Source: an uncultured Christensenella sp. (GTDB taxonomy: Bacteria > Bacillota > Clostridia > Christensenellales > UBA1242). From it: DNA of 46,364 bases. Below the pieces are notes generated by a model. The model was given only the letters and a program-made list of their open reading frames with translations, was not told the DNA's origin and made no database searches. The position numbers were made by a program, and so were the translations under genes. Each line of letters opens with the position of its first letter. Within the stretch, counting starts at the first letter, position 1. The DNA lies in assembly GCA_905203645.1 (NCBI GenBank), contig CAJKWP010000001.1, forward strand, positions 1 through 46,364, given 5' to 3'. Below are positions 1 through 9,290 of the stretch, piece after piece.

Positions 1-1
1 G

Positions 2-172
2 GACAGAAACACAGATAAAATAAGAGATTCAACAAAATATCTTATCCATATAAATATTACAAAAAATATTACTAATAACCTGAAAAAAATACTGAATATT
101 GATGATAATTTTACTTTCATATACAAAATTTTTGACACTTTTTATTATTTTATACATTTTGTTTGTTTTTAA
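2..172 (+). CDS. possible C-terminal fragment of an unidentified CDS entering from the left edge
   Basis: Frame 2 is open from the window edge to TAA at 170-172 (56 codons, long for such AT-rich DNA). The hairpin terminator at 182-216 follows. No recognisable motif. Confidence 0.2.
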   Translation, partial: DRNTDKIRDSTKYLIHINITKNITNNLKKILNIDDNFTFIYKIFDTFYYFIHFVCF

Positions 173-181
173 TTAAATAAC

Positions 182-216
182 AAAAAAGTAAACTCATTGA
201 GAGTTTACTTTTTTTT
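182..216. terminator. bidirectional rho-independent terminator (ends nifJ on the - strand)
   Basis: 10-bp stem AAGTAAACTC (186-195) / GAGTTTACTT (201-210), with an A-run on the left and a T-run on the right. Confidence 0.8.
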
Positions 217-224
217 GTATTATT

Positions 225-3200
225 TTAAGAATTTTGGTTTGCCATTTTTTCCAGTTGCTCATGACGTTTGATTGCATCTTGTGTGGCAAGTTCAAAAAGT
301 TCTTTTGCTTTTTGTTGATCTTTTTTCAAAAGTGCGGAATATCTTGTTTCGCCGAGCAAAAATTCTTCATAACTCATGGATGGTTTTGGACTGTCAAGTT
401 TAAATTGGTCTGTCGTTGGGTTGTATCTGTACAAGTTCCAATATCCACTTGCAACAGCACGTTTTATTTCCTGTTGGCTTTGCTCCATATTGAAGCCATG
501 ATTGACACAAGGTGAGTATGCCAAAATCAAACTTGGGCCGTCAAATTCTTCTGCCTCTTTGAATGCTGTTATGGATTGCTGTATGTTTGCACCCAATCCA
601 ATGCTTGCAACATAGCAATTTTTGCCTGCAATTGCAATAATTCCCAAATCTTTCTTTTTTGTTTGCTTTCCGCCAAATGCGAATTTTGCAAAACTGCCAC
701 GAGGAGTTGATTTTGAGCTTTGACCACCTGTATTTGAATATACTTCTGTGTCCAAAACCAAAATGTTGACGTTTTGTTTTGAATTTAGGACTTGGTCTAA
801 ACCGCCATAGCCAATATCATAAGCCCAACCATCTCCGCCAATTATCCAAATACTCTTCTTTGCCAAAAAGTCGGAAAGCGCGATTATTTGTTGTTGCAAT
901 TCATCTTTTGGTTGTCCTTGAAGCAAACTGACAATTTTTTCTGCGACGTCGTTTGAACATTGTTTTGTTTGGCACCATTCTGTCAAAAGTTCTTTAAGTT
1001 CACCGGATGTATTTGGAAGATAAAGGTTGACAAGATGCAAAAGTCTTTGTTTGTTTGATTGAACAGCAAAACTTATGCCTGCGCCAAATTCGGCATTGTC
1101 TTCAAACAAACTGTTTGCCCAAGCGGGACCATAGCCTTTGCAGTTTTTGCTGTATGGGCAAGCAGGCGAAGAACCACCATATATGCTTGAACACCCAGTT
1201 GCGTTTGCTATTATCATGTTTTCACCGAAAAGTTGAGATGCAAGTTTGATATATGGTGTTTCTCCGCAACCAGCACATGCATAGTTGTATTCAAAATACG
1301 ATTTTTCAAATTGCAAACCTTTTGTTGAGTTTTTGTTGAAAGGCGAATTTTCTTTTTCAAGATTTTGAAAATAGTCAAAATTTTGTTTTTCGTCGTCCAA
1401 AATTTCGCTTGTATGCTTCATTATTATTGCTTTTTGTTTTGCTGGACATGTATTTGCACAAACACCGCATCCAGTGCAGTCAAGTGGACTGACTTGCAAT
1501 TTGAATTGTTTGCCGACACAACCCATTGCATTTGCCGTTGCAAACGAAGTTGGTTTATTTTCCAAATTTGCTGGTGATAGTATGGCAGATTTCAAAGCAC
1601 TGTGAGGACAAACAGCAACACACATGCCACATTGAATACAATTTTCACTTTGCCAGCAGGGAAGTCGAGAAGCAATGCCACGTTTTTCAAATTTTGTCGT
1701 ATCAGTAGGTACTTTTCCGTCGACAGAAAATTTTGAGACAGGTAAATTGTTGCCCTGAAGACAATTTATTGGTTGAATATATTCACGGAAATATTTGTCA
1801 TCAGTTTGTTTGTCATAACTTGAACCAGTGGTTTCACTTAAATTGTTCAAATCGACTCTTATCAAATTTTCGCTGCCTTTATCAATAGCCAAAAAGTTTG
1901 TTTTGACAACTTGTTCGCCTTTTTTTCCATAAGTTTTTTCAGCGTACTTTTTCATATATTGTTTTGCTTGTTCAAAATCAATTACGTTGCTTATTTTGAA
2001 GAATGCCGATTGCATTATGGTGTTTATTTTATTGCCAAGTCCAATTTCTTCTGCAATTTTTTGTGCGTTTATAATGTACAAATTCGCATTTTTTGCTTTC
2101 AAATCTTTTTTAAAATTCATTGGCAAGCATGTATCAAGTTCATTTTCAGAACAGGTCGTATTCAAAAGTACAACGCCACCTTTTTTAAGGTCTTTCAGTA
2201 TGTCATATCTAGCGACAAAATTAAAGTTGTGGATTGCAATGAAATCCGCTTTGCTTATAGTGTAGGTGCTTTTGATAGGATTGTCACTTATGCGAAGATG
2301 TGAAATCGTCAAACTACCAGATTTCTTGCTGTCATATTCAAAATATCCTTGAGTGTACTTGTTTGTATTTTCACCAATAATTTTTATAGAATTTTTGTTT
2401 GCACTTACTGTGCCGTCTCCGCCAAGTCCATAAAATTTGAGTTGTTTGGCGCAAGTTGGCAATTCGTAATCCATATTGATTGGCAAAGACAAATTTGTAA
2501 CATCGTCTTCGATACCAACAGTAAAGTGAATTTTTGGATTTTTTGAAAGCATATTGTCAATTATGGCTTTTACACAAGCAGGGTCAAATTCCTTTCCACC
2601 AAGACCGTATCTTCCAGCAAGCACTTCGGCTTTGATATTTTTTTGAGAAAGGGCAGAAATAACGTCAAGAGCCAGTGGTTCATATGGACTTCCGCTTTCT
2701 TTTGTTCTGTCCAAAACGGTTATTCTTTTGACATTTTTTGGAAAGGTGGAAACAAACGCATCAATATTGAATGGTCTGTAAAGTCTTACATTTACAAGTC
2801 CAATATTTGTTGTGTGTTCAAGCGCTTCTTCAATGGTTTCTGCACCACTTCCCATAACAACAATTACATTTTCGGCATTTTTGTCACCAAAGTAATCGAA
2901 TGGGTGATAAGTCCTTCCTGTTTTTTGTGACAAATCTTCCATTATTTTGCAAACTATATCATATACTTTGTCATAATATTTGTTGCAAGCTTCACGATTT
3001 TGGAAAAACACGTCTGGATTTTGTGCTGTTCCCGCTTGTGAAGGGTGAGATGGATTCAGACATCTTTTTTTGAAATTTTGAATTTCTTCAAAAGGTGTCA
3101 GTTCTTTGAGTATACTTTCGTCAATCGCTTCAATTTTTTGAACCTCATGAGATGTGCGAAAACCATCAAAAAAATGTAAAAAGGGAAGAGATGATTTGAG

Positions 3201-3677
3201 CGCGGCAATGTGTGCTACAACAGCCATATCTTGTGCTTGTTGAACGGATGATGAAGCAAGCATACAAAATCCAGTTGCACGACATTGCATAACGTCTGAA
3301 TGGTCACCAAAAATTGACAGAGCGTGAGTGGCAACTGCTCTTGCAGAAACATGGAAAACAGCAGGTAACAGTTCGCCTGCGATTTTGAGCATATTTGGTA
3401 TCATAAGCAAAAGCCCTTGGCTTGCAGTAAAAGTTGTGGTAAGTGCACCTGCAATCAAACTTCCATGAACGGCACCAGCGGCACCTGCTTCCGATTGCAT
3501 CTCTTCAACTTGAACCGGCATGTCAAACAAATTTGTTTTTCCAGTTTGTGACCATTCATCGGCAAGTTCCGCCATAGTTGATGAGGGAGTGATAGGATAG
3601 ATTGCAGCAACCTCGCTGAAATAGTATGCAATGTTGCTTGTCGCTGTGTTTCCATCGACATTTATATATTTTTTCAT
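225..3677 (-). CDS. nifJ: pyruvate:ferredoxin (flavodoxin) oxidoreductase, single-chain PFOR
   Basis: 1150-aa ORF. Two 4Fe-4S ferredoxin motifs (CIQCGMCVAVCP, CTGCGVCANTCP) and a TPP-binding GGDGWAYDIGYGGLD region. Length and domain order are typical of NifJ/PFOR. Confidence 0.95.
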   Translation of the reverse strand: MKKYINVDGNTATSNIAYYFSEVAAIYPITPSSTMAELADEWSQTGKTNLFDMPVQVEEMQSEAGAAGAVHGSLIAGALTTTFTASQGLLLMIPNMLKIAGELLPAVFHVSARAVATHALSIFGDHSDVMQCRATGFCMLASSSVQQAQDMAVVAHIAALKSSLPFLHFFDGFRTSHEVQKIEAIDESILKELTPFEEIQNFKKRCLNPSHPSQAGTAQNPDVFFQNREACNKYYDKVYDIVCKIMEDLSQKTGRTYHPFDYFGDKNAENVIVVMGSGAETIEEALEHTTNIGLVNVRLYRPFNIDAFVSTFPKNVKRITVLDRTKESGSPYEPLALDVISALSQKNIKAEVLAGRYGLGGKEFDPACVKAIIDNMLSKNPKIHFTVGIEDDVTNLSLPINMDYELPTCAKQLKFYGLGGDGTVSANKNSIKIIGENTNKYTQGYFEYDSKKSGSLTISHLRISDNPIKSTYTISKADFIAIHNFNFVARYDILKDLKKGGVVLLNTTCSENELDTCLPMNFKKDLKAKNANLYIINAQKIAEEIGLGNKINTIMQSAFFKISNVIDFEQAKQYMKKYAEKTYGKKGEQVVKTNFLAIDKGSENLIRVDLNNLSETTGSSYDKQTDDKYFREYIQPINCLQGNNLPVSKFSVDGKVPTDTTKFEKRGIASRLPCWQSENCIQCGMCVAVCPHSALKSAILSPANLENKPTSFATANAMGCVGKQFKLQVSPLDCTGCGVCANTCPAKQKAIIMKHTSEILDDEKQNFDYFQNLEKENSPFNKNSTKGLQFEKSYFEYNYACAGCGETPYIKLASQLFGENMIIANATGCSSIYGGSSPACPYSKNCKGYGPAWANSLFEDNAEFGAGISFAVQSNKQRLLHLVNLYLPNTSGELKELLTEWCQTKQCSNDVAEKIVSLLQGQPKDELQQQIIALSDFLAKKSIWIIGGDGWAYDIGYGGLDQVLNSKQNVNILVLDTEVYSNTGGQSSKSTPRGSFAKFAFGGKQTKKKDLGIIAIAGKNCYVASIGLGANIQQSITAFKEAEEFDGPSLILAYSPCVNHGFNMEQSQQEIKRAVASGYWNLYRYNPTTDQFKLDSPKPSMSYEEFLLGETRYSALLKKDQQKAKELFELATQDAIKRHEQLEKMANQNS

Positions 3678-3695
3678 AATTTACCTCTTGAAAAA

Positions 3696-3725
3696 ATTTT
3701 ACTTTTTCTTATATGTTGTTGTCAA
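3696..3725 (-). promoter_or_regulatory. candidate sigma-70-type promoter of nifJ
   Basis: The - strand reads TTGACA (3725-3720), 18 nt, TAAAAT (3701-3696), just upstream of the AGAGG RBS and ATG at 3677. Confidence 0.5.
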
Positions 3726-3752
3726 ATTATTTGTACAACACTTGCAAAATAA

Positions 3753-3791
3753 GTTTGTGCAAATCAATAACTATTTATTGATTGTTTGTGC
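3753..3791. promoter_or_regulatory. candidate operator: perfect 9+9 bp inverted repeat flanked by 8-bp direct repeats
   Basis: AATCAATAA (3762-3770), ctat, TTATTGATT (3775-3783). GTTTGTGC occurs on both sides (3753-3760 and 3784-3791). Lies in the divergent nifJ/truA intergenic region. Confidence 0.35.
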
Positions 3792-3810
3792 TTTTATTTT
3801 GAAAAAGTGT

Positions 3811-3839
3811 TTGAGTTTAATCAAAAAAAATGATATCAT
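3811..3839 (+). promoter_or_regulatory. candidate promoter of truA (possibly giving a leaderless mRNA)
   Basis: TTGAGT (3811-3816), 17 nt, TGaTATCAT (extended -10, hexamer 3834-3839). The truA ATG is at 3846 and no Shine-Dalgarno precedes it. Confidence 0.35.
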
Positions 3840-3845
3840 AAAAAC

Positions 3846-4595
3846 ATGAGAGTGCTTTTACAAATCGAATACGACGGGACAAATTATCACGGTTGGCAAT
3901 TACAAAAAAATGGAGTTTCTGTTCAACAAACTTTGCAAGAATGTTTGCAAGGCATTTTGTGTCAGCCAATTACACTTGTTGCAAGTGGAAGAACGGATAG
4001 TGGTGTGCATGCAAAAAATCAATATGCACATTTTGATTACGATGGAAAATTTGATGTAAAAAAATTGCCATACGCACTTCAAGGATCATTGCCGAATGAT
4101 ATCAGTGTAAAAAATGCATGGGTTGTATCTGATGATTTTCACGCAAGATATAGTGTGAAGTTCAAAACATATCACTATTGCTTGTATGTTGGAGATTCTA
4201 TTCAACCATTGAAAGAAAGATATCGCGTTTATTTGAAGCATAAGCCAAATTTGCAACTTATGAAAAAGGCGTCAAAGTATTTGGTTGGCATACATGATTT
4301 TAGTTCATTCTGCGTTCCAAGGAAAATTGAAAACGAAAATAATACAAGAACAATAAAAAATATAAAGATCTGCAAGAAAAATGAATGTATAACATTAAAG
4401 ATTTGTGGAAACGGTTTTTTGCACAATATGGTAAGAATAATTGCAGGTACTTTGCTTGATGTTGGCTTTGGCAAAATATCACCAAAACAAATAAAAACAA
4501 TATTGGAGCAAAAAGATCGAACAAAAGCGGGGAAGACTGCACCTGCAAAAGGACTTGTGTTGTACAACGTCGACTATGGCATAAGATTTAAGTAA
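3846..4595 (+). CDS. truA: tRNA pseudouridine(38-40) synthase
   Basis: 249 aa. IEYDGTNYHGWQ and ASGRTDSGVHA (catalytic Asp motif). Classic position upstream of rplM-rpsI. Confidence 0.93.
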   Translation: MRVLLQIEYDGTNYHGWQLQKNGVSVQQTLQECLQGILCQPITLVASGRTDSGVHAKNQYAHFDYDGKFDVKKLPYALQGSLPNDISVKNAWVVSDDFHARYSVKFKTYHYCLYVGDSIQPLKERYRVYLKHKPNLQLMKKASKYLVGIHDFSSFCVPRKIENENNTRTIKNIKICKKNECITLKICGNGFLHNMVRIIAGTLLDVGFGKISPKQIKTILEQKDRTKAGKTAPAKGLVLYNVDYGIRFK

Positions 4596-4662
4596 TACAA
4601 ATGATGTTGACAAACAATCAGAACAAATTTGTTTGAAATTATCATTTTTTTGCAAAAAATAC

Positions 4663-4787
4663 TTGACATCATTTTTGCCTTAATATATAATTGCTATGTC
4701 TTATTCGTGAAGGCAATTTTTTTTGTAAATTAGCCCCTTGCAAAAATGTTATTGTTTTTTCGAATGGTAAAATATTTGGAGGAAAAA
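4663..4787 (+). promoter_or_regulatory. rplM promoter plus about 90-nt leader (candidate L13 ribosomal-protein leader)
   Basis: TTGACA (4663-4668), 17 nt, TATAAT (4686-4691), followed by a long untranslated leader before the GGAGG RBS. Firmicutes carry an autoregulatory L13 leader at this position. The fold was not verified. Confidence 0.4.
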
Positions 4788-5228
4788 ATGAAAACATTTA
4801 TGGCAAAGCCAAACGATGTTGAAAGAAAATGGTTTGTTGTTGATGCAACAAGAATGCCTCTTGGAAGATTGGCAAGCCAAGTTGCTGATATATTAAGCGG
4901 AAAAAATAAACCTACTTTCACACCACACGTTGACAGTGGCGACTATGTGATAGTTATAAATAGTGACAAAGTTGTTTTGACAGGAAAAAAATTGGAACAA
5001 AAGAAAATGTATCACCACAGCGGTTATGTTGGTGGACTCAAAGAAGTTGATTACAAAACACTTATGTCAAACAAATCTGACCTTGTAGTTATGAACGCAG
5101 TAAAGGGAATGCTTCCAAAAACTGTTTTGGGAAGACAAATGCTTACAAGACTCAGAGTATTCAAAGGTGCTGAACATGACCATGAAGCACAAAAACCAGA
5201 GTTAATCACTCTTAAAGGAGTAAGATAA
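4788..5228 (+). CDS. rplM: 50S ribosomal protein L13
   Basis: [20 protein letters not shown]. Start moved to the ATG at 4788, behind GGAGG (4778-4782). 146 aa. Confidence 0.95.
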   Translation: MKTFMAKPNDVERKWFVVDATRMPLGRLASQVADILSGKNKPTFTPHVDSGDYVIVINSDKVVLTGKKLEQKKMYHHSGYVGGLKEVDYKTLMSNKSDLVVMNAVKGMLPKTVLGRQMLTRLRVFKGAEHDHEAQKPELITLKGVR

Positions 5229-5229
5229 A

Positions 5230-5661
5230 ATGGCAGAAGAAAAGAAAACAAAAAAAGCAACAAAGCAAACTGCACAAATTTATTGGGCAACTGGAAGAAG
5301 AAAAAGTTCAGTTGCAAGAGTTAGACTTGTTGCAAACGGAAGTGGAATAATTGTTATCAACGACAAAAATATCGATGAATATTTTGGACTTGAAACTTTG
5401 AAGCTTATTGTTCGTCAACCACTTGCATTGACAAACACTGCTGAAAAATATGACATAATCGTAAACGTTTATGGTGGTGGACTTACAGGTCAGGCTGGTG
5501 CAATTTGTCATGGTATTTCAAGAGCACTTTGCGAAGCAGAAGAAACATTAAAACCTGAACTTAAACAAGGTGGTTTTTTGACAAGGGATGCAAGAAGCAA
5601 AGAAAGAAAGAAATACGGCTTGAAAAAAGCAAGAAAAGCATCACAATTCAGCAAAAGATAA
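5230..5661 (+). CDS. rpsI: 30S ribosomal protein S9
   Basis: 143 aa. GTGRRK-like [22 protein letters not shown] and a C-terminal [12 protein letters not shown]. Confidence 0.95.
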   Translation: MAEEKKTKKATKQTAQIYWATGRRKSSVARVRLVANGSGIIVINDKNIDEYFGLETLKLIVRQPLALTNTAEKYDIIVNVYGGGLTGQAGAICHGISRALCEAEETLKPELKQGGFLTRDARSKERKKYGLKKARKASQFSKR

Positions 5662-5670
5662 TTTTTGGAA

Positions 5671-5698
5671 AGTGCAACCTTTGGTTGTGCTTTTTTTT
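5671..5698 (+). terminator. rho-independent terminator after rpsI
   Basis: AGTGCAACC (5671-5679) pairs with GGTTGTGCT (5683-5691) including two G-U pairs, followed by a T8 run. Confidence 0.7.
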
Positions 5699-5707
5699 GC
5701 TAAATAC

Positions 5708-5820
5708 TTGACAAAAAATATATATCTATGATAATATTATCGCAGTGCCACATATCCATGGCTTCAAAGTGTAACTTGTTACCGCCTGGGGATAGTGAGA
5801 TTTGGATAGGAGGAAGAGCG
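5708..5820 (+). promoter_or_regulatory. rplU promoter plus about 80-nt leader (candidate L21 ribosomal-protein leader)
   Basis: TTGACA (5708-5713), 17-18 nt, ATAATA/TAATAT (5731-5737). In the leader, TATCCA (5752-5757) can pair with TGGATA (5804-5809), which abuts the AGGAGG RBS. An L21 leader is known in Firmicutes at this position. Confidence 0.4.
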
Positions 5821-6126
5821 ATGTTTGCAATTATACAAACAGGTGGAAAGCAATACAAAGTTGCTGAAAACGACGAAGTTTTGGTTGAAAAACTTGACCA
5901 AGAAATTGGAAAAAATATCGAATTTGATGCTTTGTTTGTAAATGACAATGGCAAAATCAAAACTGGAACACCAGTTGTTAAAGGTGTAAAAGTTGTTGCT
6001 GAAGTTGTTGAACATGGAAAAGGTGAAAAAATCCTTGTTTACAAATACAAAGCAAAAAAGAACGTAAGAAGCAGACAAGGTCACCGTCAACCTTGGACAA
6101 AACTTAAAATTGTTAAAATTGGTTAA
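5821..6126 (+). CDS. rplU: 50S ribosomal protein L21
   Basis: MFAIIQTGGKQYKV. Start at the ATG at 5821. 101 aa. Confidence 0.95.
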   Translation: MFAIIQTGGKQYKVAENDEVLVEKLDQEIGKNIEFDALFVNDNGKIKTGTPVVKGVKVVAEVVEHGKGEKILVYKYKAKKNVRSRQGHRQPWTKLKIVKIG

Positions 6127-6128
6127 TT

Positions 6129-6467
6129 ATGACAAAAATAAAGTTTTATGAAAAAAATGGTTTTATTGTAAAGATGGAACTTGATGGACACACTGGTTTG
6201 GCTCAAAGTGGAGAAGATGTTTTGTGTGCAGGTATATCTGCCATAAGCCAAAGTGCCGTTTTGGGGCTCAAACAAGTTGTAAAATGCCATTTGCAATTTG
6301 AACGCAGGGAAAAACAAGGGTATTTGTGTTGCAAAATTCTTGAATCTGAAAAAAGTATTTTAGAAAAAACGCAAATTATCATGGAAACCGCACTTATTGC
6401 ATTGCAAGATTTGCAAATTGGCAATGAAAAATTTATGAAAGTGGAGGTTTGTGATGAAATTTATTAA
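6129..6467 (+). CDS. prp: ribosomal-processing cysteine protease Prp (YsxB/DUF464)
   Basis: 112 aa. Contains the GH..(n)..C arrangement ([20 protein letters not shown]). Sits between rplU and rpmA as in Firmicutes. Confidence 0.85.
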   Translation: MTKIKFYEKNGFIVKMELDGHTGLAQSGEDVLCAGISAISQSAVLGLKQVVKCHLQFERREKQGYLCCKILESEKSILEKTQIIMETALIALQDLQIGNEKFMKVEVCDEIY

Positions 6468-6729
6468 CTTACAACTCTTTGCGCATAAGAAAGGTGGCGG
6501 AAGCACAAAAAACGGCAGAGATTCACAAGCAAAAAGACTTGGTGTAAAATGTGGAGATGGCCAATTGGTAAGTGCTGGAAGCATTATTATTCGTCAAAGA
6601 GGAACAAAATTTTATCCTGGTAAAAATGTTGGCTTAGGAAAAGACTACACAATCTATGCAAAAGTTGACGGCAAAGTTAATTTTGCAGAAAGTGGCAGCA
6701 AAAAATATGTCAATGTAATTGAAGGTTAG
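6454..6729 (+). CDS. rpmA: 50S ribosomal protein L27 with N-terminal propeptide
   Basis: [27 protein letters not shown] at 6454 lies 6 nt after GGAGG (a GTG at 6451 is also in frame). The 9-aa extension ending in a Phe-Ala junction matches the Prp cleavage-site pattern. Confidence 0.93.
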   Translation: MKFINLQLFAHKKGGGSTKNGRDSQAKRLGVKCGDGQLVSAGSIIIRQRGTKFYPGKNVGLGKDYTIYAKVDGKVNFAESGSKKYVNVIEG

Positions 6730-6762
6730 ACTTGAAATTTTTTTGAAAATTTGTTATAAAGG

Positions 6763-6790
6763 TTTTGTAGAGATACAAAATCTTTTTTTT
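6763..6790 (+). terminator. rho-independent terminator after rpmA
   Basis: TTTTGTA (6763-6769), GAGA loop, TACAAAA (6774-6780), then TCTTTTTTTT. Confidence 0.75.
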
Positions 6791-6799
6791 ATAATAACT

Positions 6800-7666
6800 A
6801 TGGAAAAAATATTTGAAATTGAAAATAACTTAATAAAAATAAAAAATTGTGATGAGTTTGATATTGAACACATTCTTGAATGTGGTCAAATTTTTACATA
6901 CGAAAAGAAAGGTGATGATTTTGTTGTGTTTTCAAACGATTATGTCGCAAAAATAACCAAGGTTAAGGATACTTATCTGATTGCGTCAAACAATGCTCAA
7001 TATTTTGTAAATTTTTTTGATTTGAACACTGACTACAACCAAATCAAACAACAAGTTGCCAAGATTTTGACAGATAACAAATTTGACATTGATATTCAAG
7101 AAATGTTCAAGTTTGGAAATGGAATAAGAATTTTGAAGCAGTCCTTTTGTGAAACAGTGATTGGTTTTATGATCTCAGCCAACAACAATATCCCAAGAAT
7201 CAAAAAAAGTATGCAATATATACGCAAAAACTTGGGTGAAAAAAAGTGTTTTGAAAATACTGAATATTACACATTTCCAAGTTTGCAAACACTTTCAGAG
7301 CAAAACGAATATTTTTTTGAAAGTGCAGGCTGTGGGTATAGAGCCAAAAGTTTGGTCAGTACCATAAAAATTCTTCAAAACTCGAATTTTGACGAACTTT
7401 CCAAACTAGACACGCCCAGTTTGAAAAATATCTTGTTGTCTTATAGTGGCATTGGTCCAAAAGTTGCTGATTGCATTTTGCTTTTCTGCTTTGGCAGAAT
7501 GGATGTTTTCCCAGTTGATACTTGGGTGAAAAAAGTTTATTTCGATTTGTACAAACAATGTCCGAATGAAAAAATAATGGCAAAAACACTTGTTGACACA
7601 TTTGGAAGGTATGCTGGCTACGCTCAGCAGTATATGTTTTATTATAAACGAAACAAAAAAGTATAG
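6800..7666 (+). CDS. ogg: 8-oxoguanine DNA glycosylase / HhH-GPD family N-glycosylase-lyase (Ogg type)
   Basis: 288 aa from the ATG at 6800. HhH-GPD signature SGIGPKVADCILLF...VFPVDTWV. The upstream part of the track ORF overlaps rpmA and is discarded. No obvious RBS. Confidence 0.75.
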   Translation: MEKIFEIENNLIKIKNCDEFDIEHILECGQIFTYEKKGDDFVVFSNDYVAKITKVKDTYLIASNNAQYFVNFFDLNTDYNQIKQQVAKILTDNKFDIDIQEMFKFGNGIRILKQSFCETVIGFMISANNNIPRIKKSMQYIRKNLGEKKCFENTEYYTFPSLQTLSEQNEYFFESAGCGYRAKSLVSTIKILQNSNFDELSKLDTPSLKNILLSYSGIGPKVADCILLFCFGRMDVFPVDTWVKKVYFDLYKQCPNEKIMAKTLVDTFGRYAGYAQQYMFYYKRNKKV

Positions 7667-7733
7667 TTTTTTAAAATACCATCTATACAAATGTAAAAAT
7701 ATATGATACAATACTTACGCAAAGGAGAAATAA

Positions 7734-8273
7734 ATGTTTTGGGAAGAGGTAACAAAACTTGTAACACAAACGTCCTGGATAGTATTTGGGCTTCTTGGCT
7801 TGGGAATTGTGCTTTGTTTGATTGAAGCAGTTATCCCATCCTATGGTTTTGTTGGAATAAGTGGACTTATATCCTTGGTTGCGGGTATTGTTCTTCATGC
7901 GTTTTTGTCTGGTTCTGTTCTGCAAGTTGTTATAATGCTTGCTATCGTTCTTTTGATTTTGATACTGATAATTTTGCTGTTTATTCGTTCCGCAAAATAT
8001 GGACTTTTGGGAAAGTCCGCACTTGTAGAAAATCATACCGCACTTCCAACAAATTACAACGATCATTTTAACAACGTCAATGTAAGTTTGATAGGGCAAG
8101 TTGGTGTTGTCGTAACAGATTGCAGACCTGTTGGGAAAATGCAATTTGGGGAAGAAATATTGGATGTCCTTTCACGTGATGACTTTTTGTATGTAGGTGA
8201 AAAAGCAAAAGTAATTGATGTTGTTGGAAACAACATTTATGTAGAAAAAATTGTTAAAGGAGTTTTGAAATGA
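7734..8273 (+). CDS. NfeD-family membrane protein
   Basis: 179 aa. Three N-terminal TM helices plus a C-terminal soluble OB-like tail ([25 protein letters not shown]). ATGA overlap with floA. AAAGGAG RBS. Confidence 0.8.
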   Translation: MFWEEVTKLVTQTSWIVFGLLGLGIVLCLIEAVIPSYGFVGISGLISLVAGIVLHAFLSGSVLQVVIMLAIVLLILILIILLFIRSAKYGLLGKSALVENHTALPTNYNDHFNNVNVSLIGQVGVVVTDCRPVGKMQFGEEILDVLSRDDFLYVGEKAKVIDVVGNNIYVEKIVKGVLK

Positions 8274-9277
8274 ATATTTTATTGGCTGTTCAAACTTGGG
8301 AAATTATACTTTATGTATTTTTGGGCTTGTTGGTTGTTGCACTTGGTATTTTGATTGCAATAGTGCCACTTAAAACTTGGTTTGTTGCACTTGTGTCTGG
8401 TGCACATGTTTCAATGACAAGATTGGTCGGAATGAAAATGCGTCGTATCAAAGTTGCCGAAATTATTGATGCGTACATTCAAGCAAAAAAAGCCGGCTTG
8501 AATATTGAAATCGTTGACCTTGAAACACACTATATGGCAGGTGGTGACGTTCAAAAAGTTGTAAACTCACTCATATCAGCACACAGTGCAAAATTCAATT
8601 TGTCACTTGACTTGGCAAAAGCAATTGACCTTGCCGGTCGTGATATCTCTCTTGCTGTAAAGCAAAGCGTAACCCCAAAGGTAATTGAAACGGATTGGAT
8701 TTCAGCTATTGCAAAAAACGGTATTGAACTTAGAGTTAAGGCAAGAATTACAGTAAGAGCAAATATATCCAGACTTGTTGGTGGTGCAGGTGAAGAAACA
8801 ATCCTTGCCCGTGTCGGTGAGGGTATCGTTACAACGGTTGGTTCAGCCGAAACTCACACAGTCGTTTTGGAAAATCCTGACTTGATTTCAAAAACGGTAC
8901 TTGCAAAGGGCTTGGACAGCGGTACATCTTATGAGATTATATCAATAGATATGGCTGACATTGACGTTGGAAAGAACATTGGTGCAAGACTTGTTATGGA
9001 CCAAGCTGAAGCAGACAAAACAGTTGCACAAGCAAAAGCCGAAGAAAGAAAGGCGATGGCAGTTGCAACAGAACAAGAAATGCGCGCAAGAACGCAAGAA
9101 ATGAAAGCTATGGTACTTTCGGCAGAAGCAGAAGTTCCAAAAGCGATGGCGGAAGCAATAAAAAACGGAAAAATGGGTGTAATGGATTATTACAAAATTC
9201 AAAATCTGAATTCGGACACAGCAATGCGCAATGCGTTGGCAGGTAATGATCAAAACAAGCCTACTTCACGAAGATAA
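8270..9277 (+). CDS. floA: flotillin-like protein FloA (SPFH domain, YqfA/UPF0365)
   Basis: 335 aa. N-terminal TM then [19 protein letters not shown]...IDAYI, an Ala/Glu-rich coiled coil, and C-terminal [10 protein letters not shown]. Typical of FloA. Confidence 0.9.
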   Translation: MNILLAVQTWEIILYVFLGLLVVALGILIAIVPLKTWFVALVSGAHVSMTRLVGMKMRRIKVAEIIDAYIQAKKAGLNIEIVDLETHYMAGGDVQKVVNSLISAHSAKFNLSLDLAKAIDLAGRDISLAVKQSVTPKVIETDWISAIAKNGIELRVKARITVRANISRLVGGAGEETILARVGEGIVTTVGSAETHTVVLENPDLISKTVLAKGLDSGTSYEIISIDMADIDVGKNIGARLVMDQAEADKTVAQAKAEERKAMAVATEQEMRARTQEMKAMVLSAEAEVPKAMAEAIKNGKMGVMDYYKIQNLNSDTAMRNALAGNDQNKPTSRR

Positions 9278-9290
9278 TTAAAGGAAAAAT

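Noticed and set aside
7683-8144. 153-aa - strand ORF
   Set aside because: Antisense to the nfeD-like gene, which has an RBS and start/stop coupling to floA.
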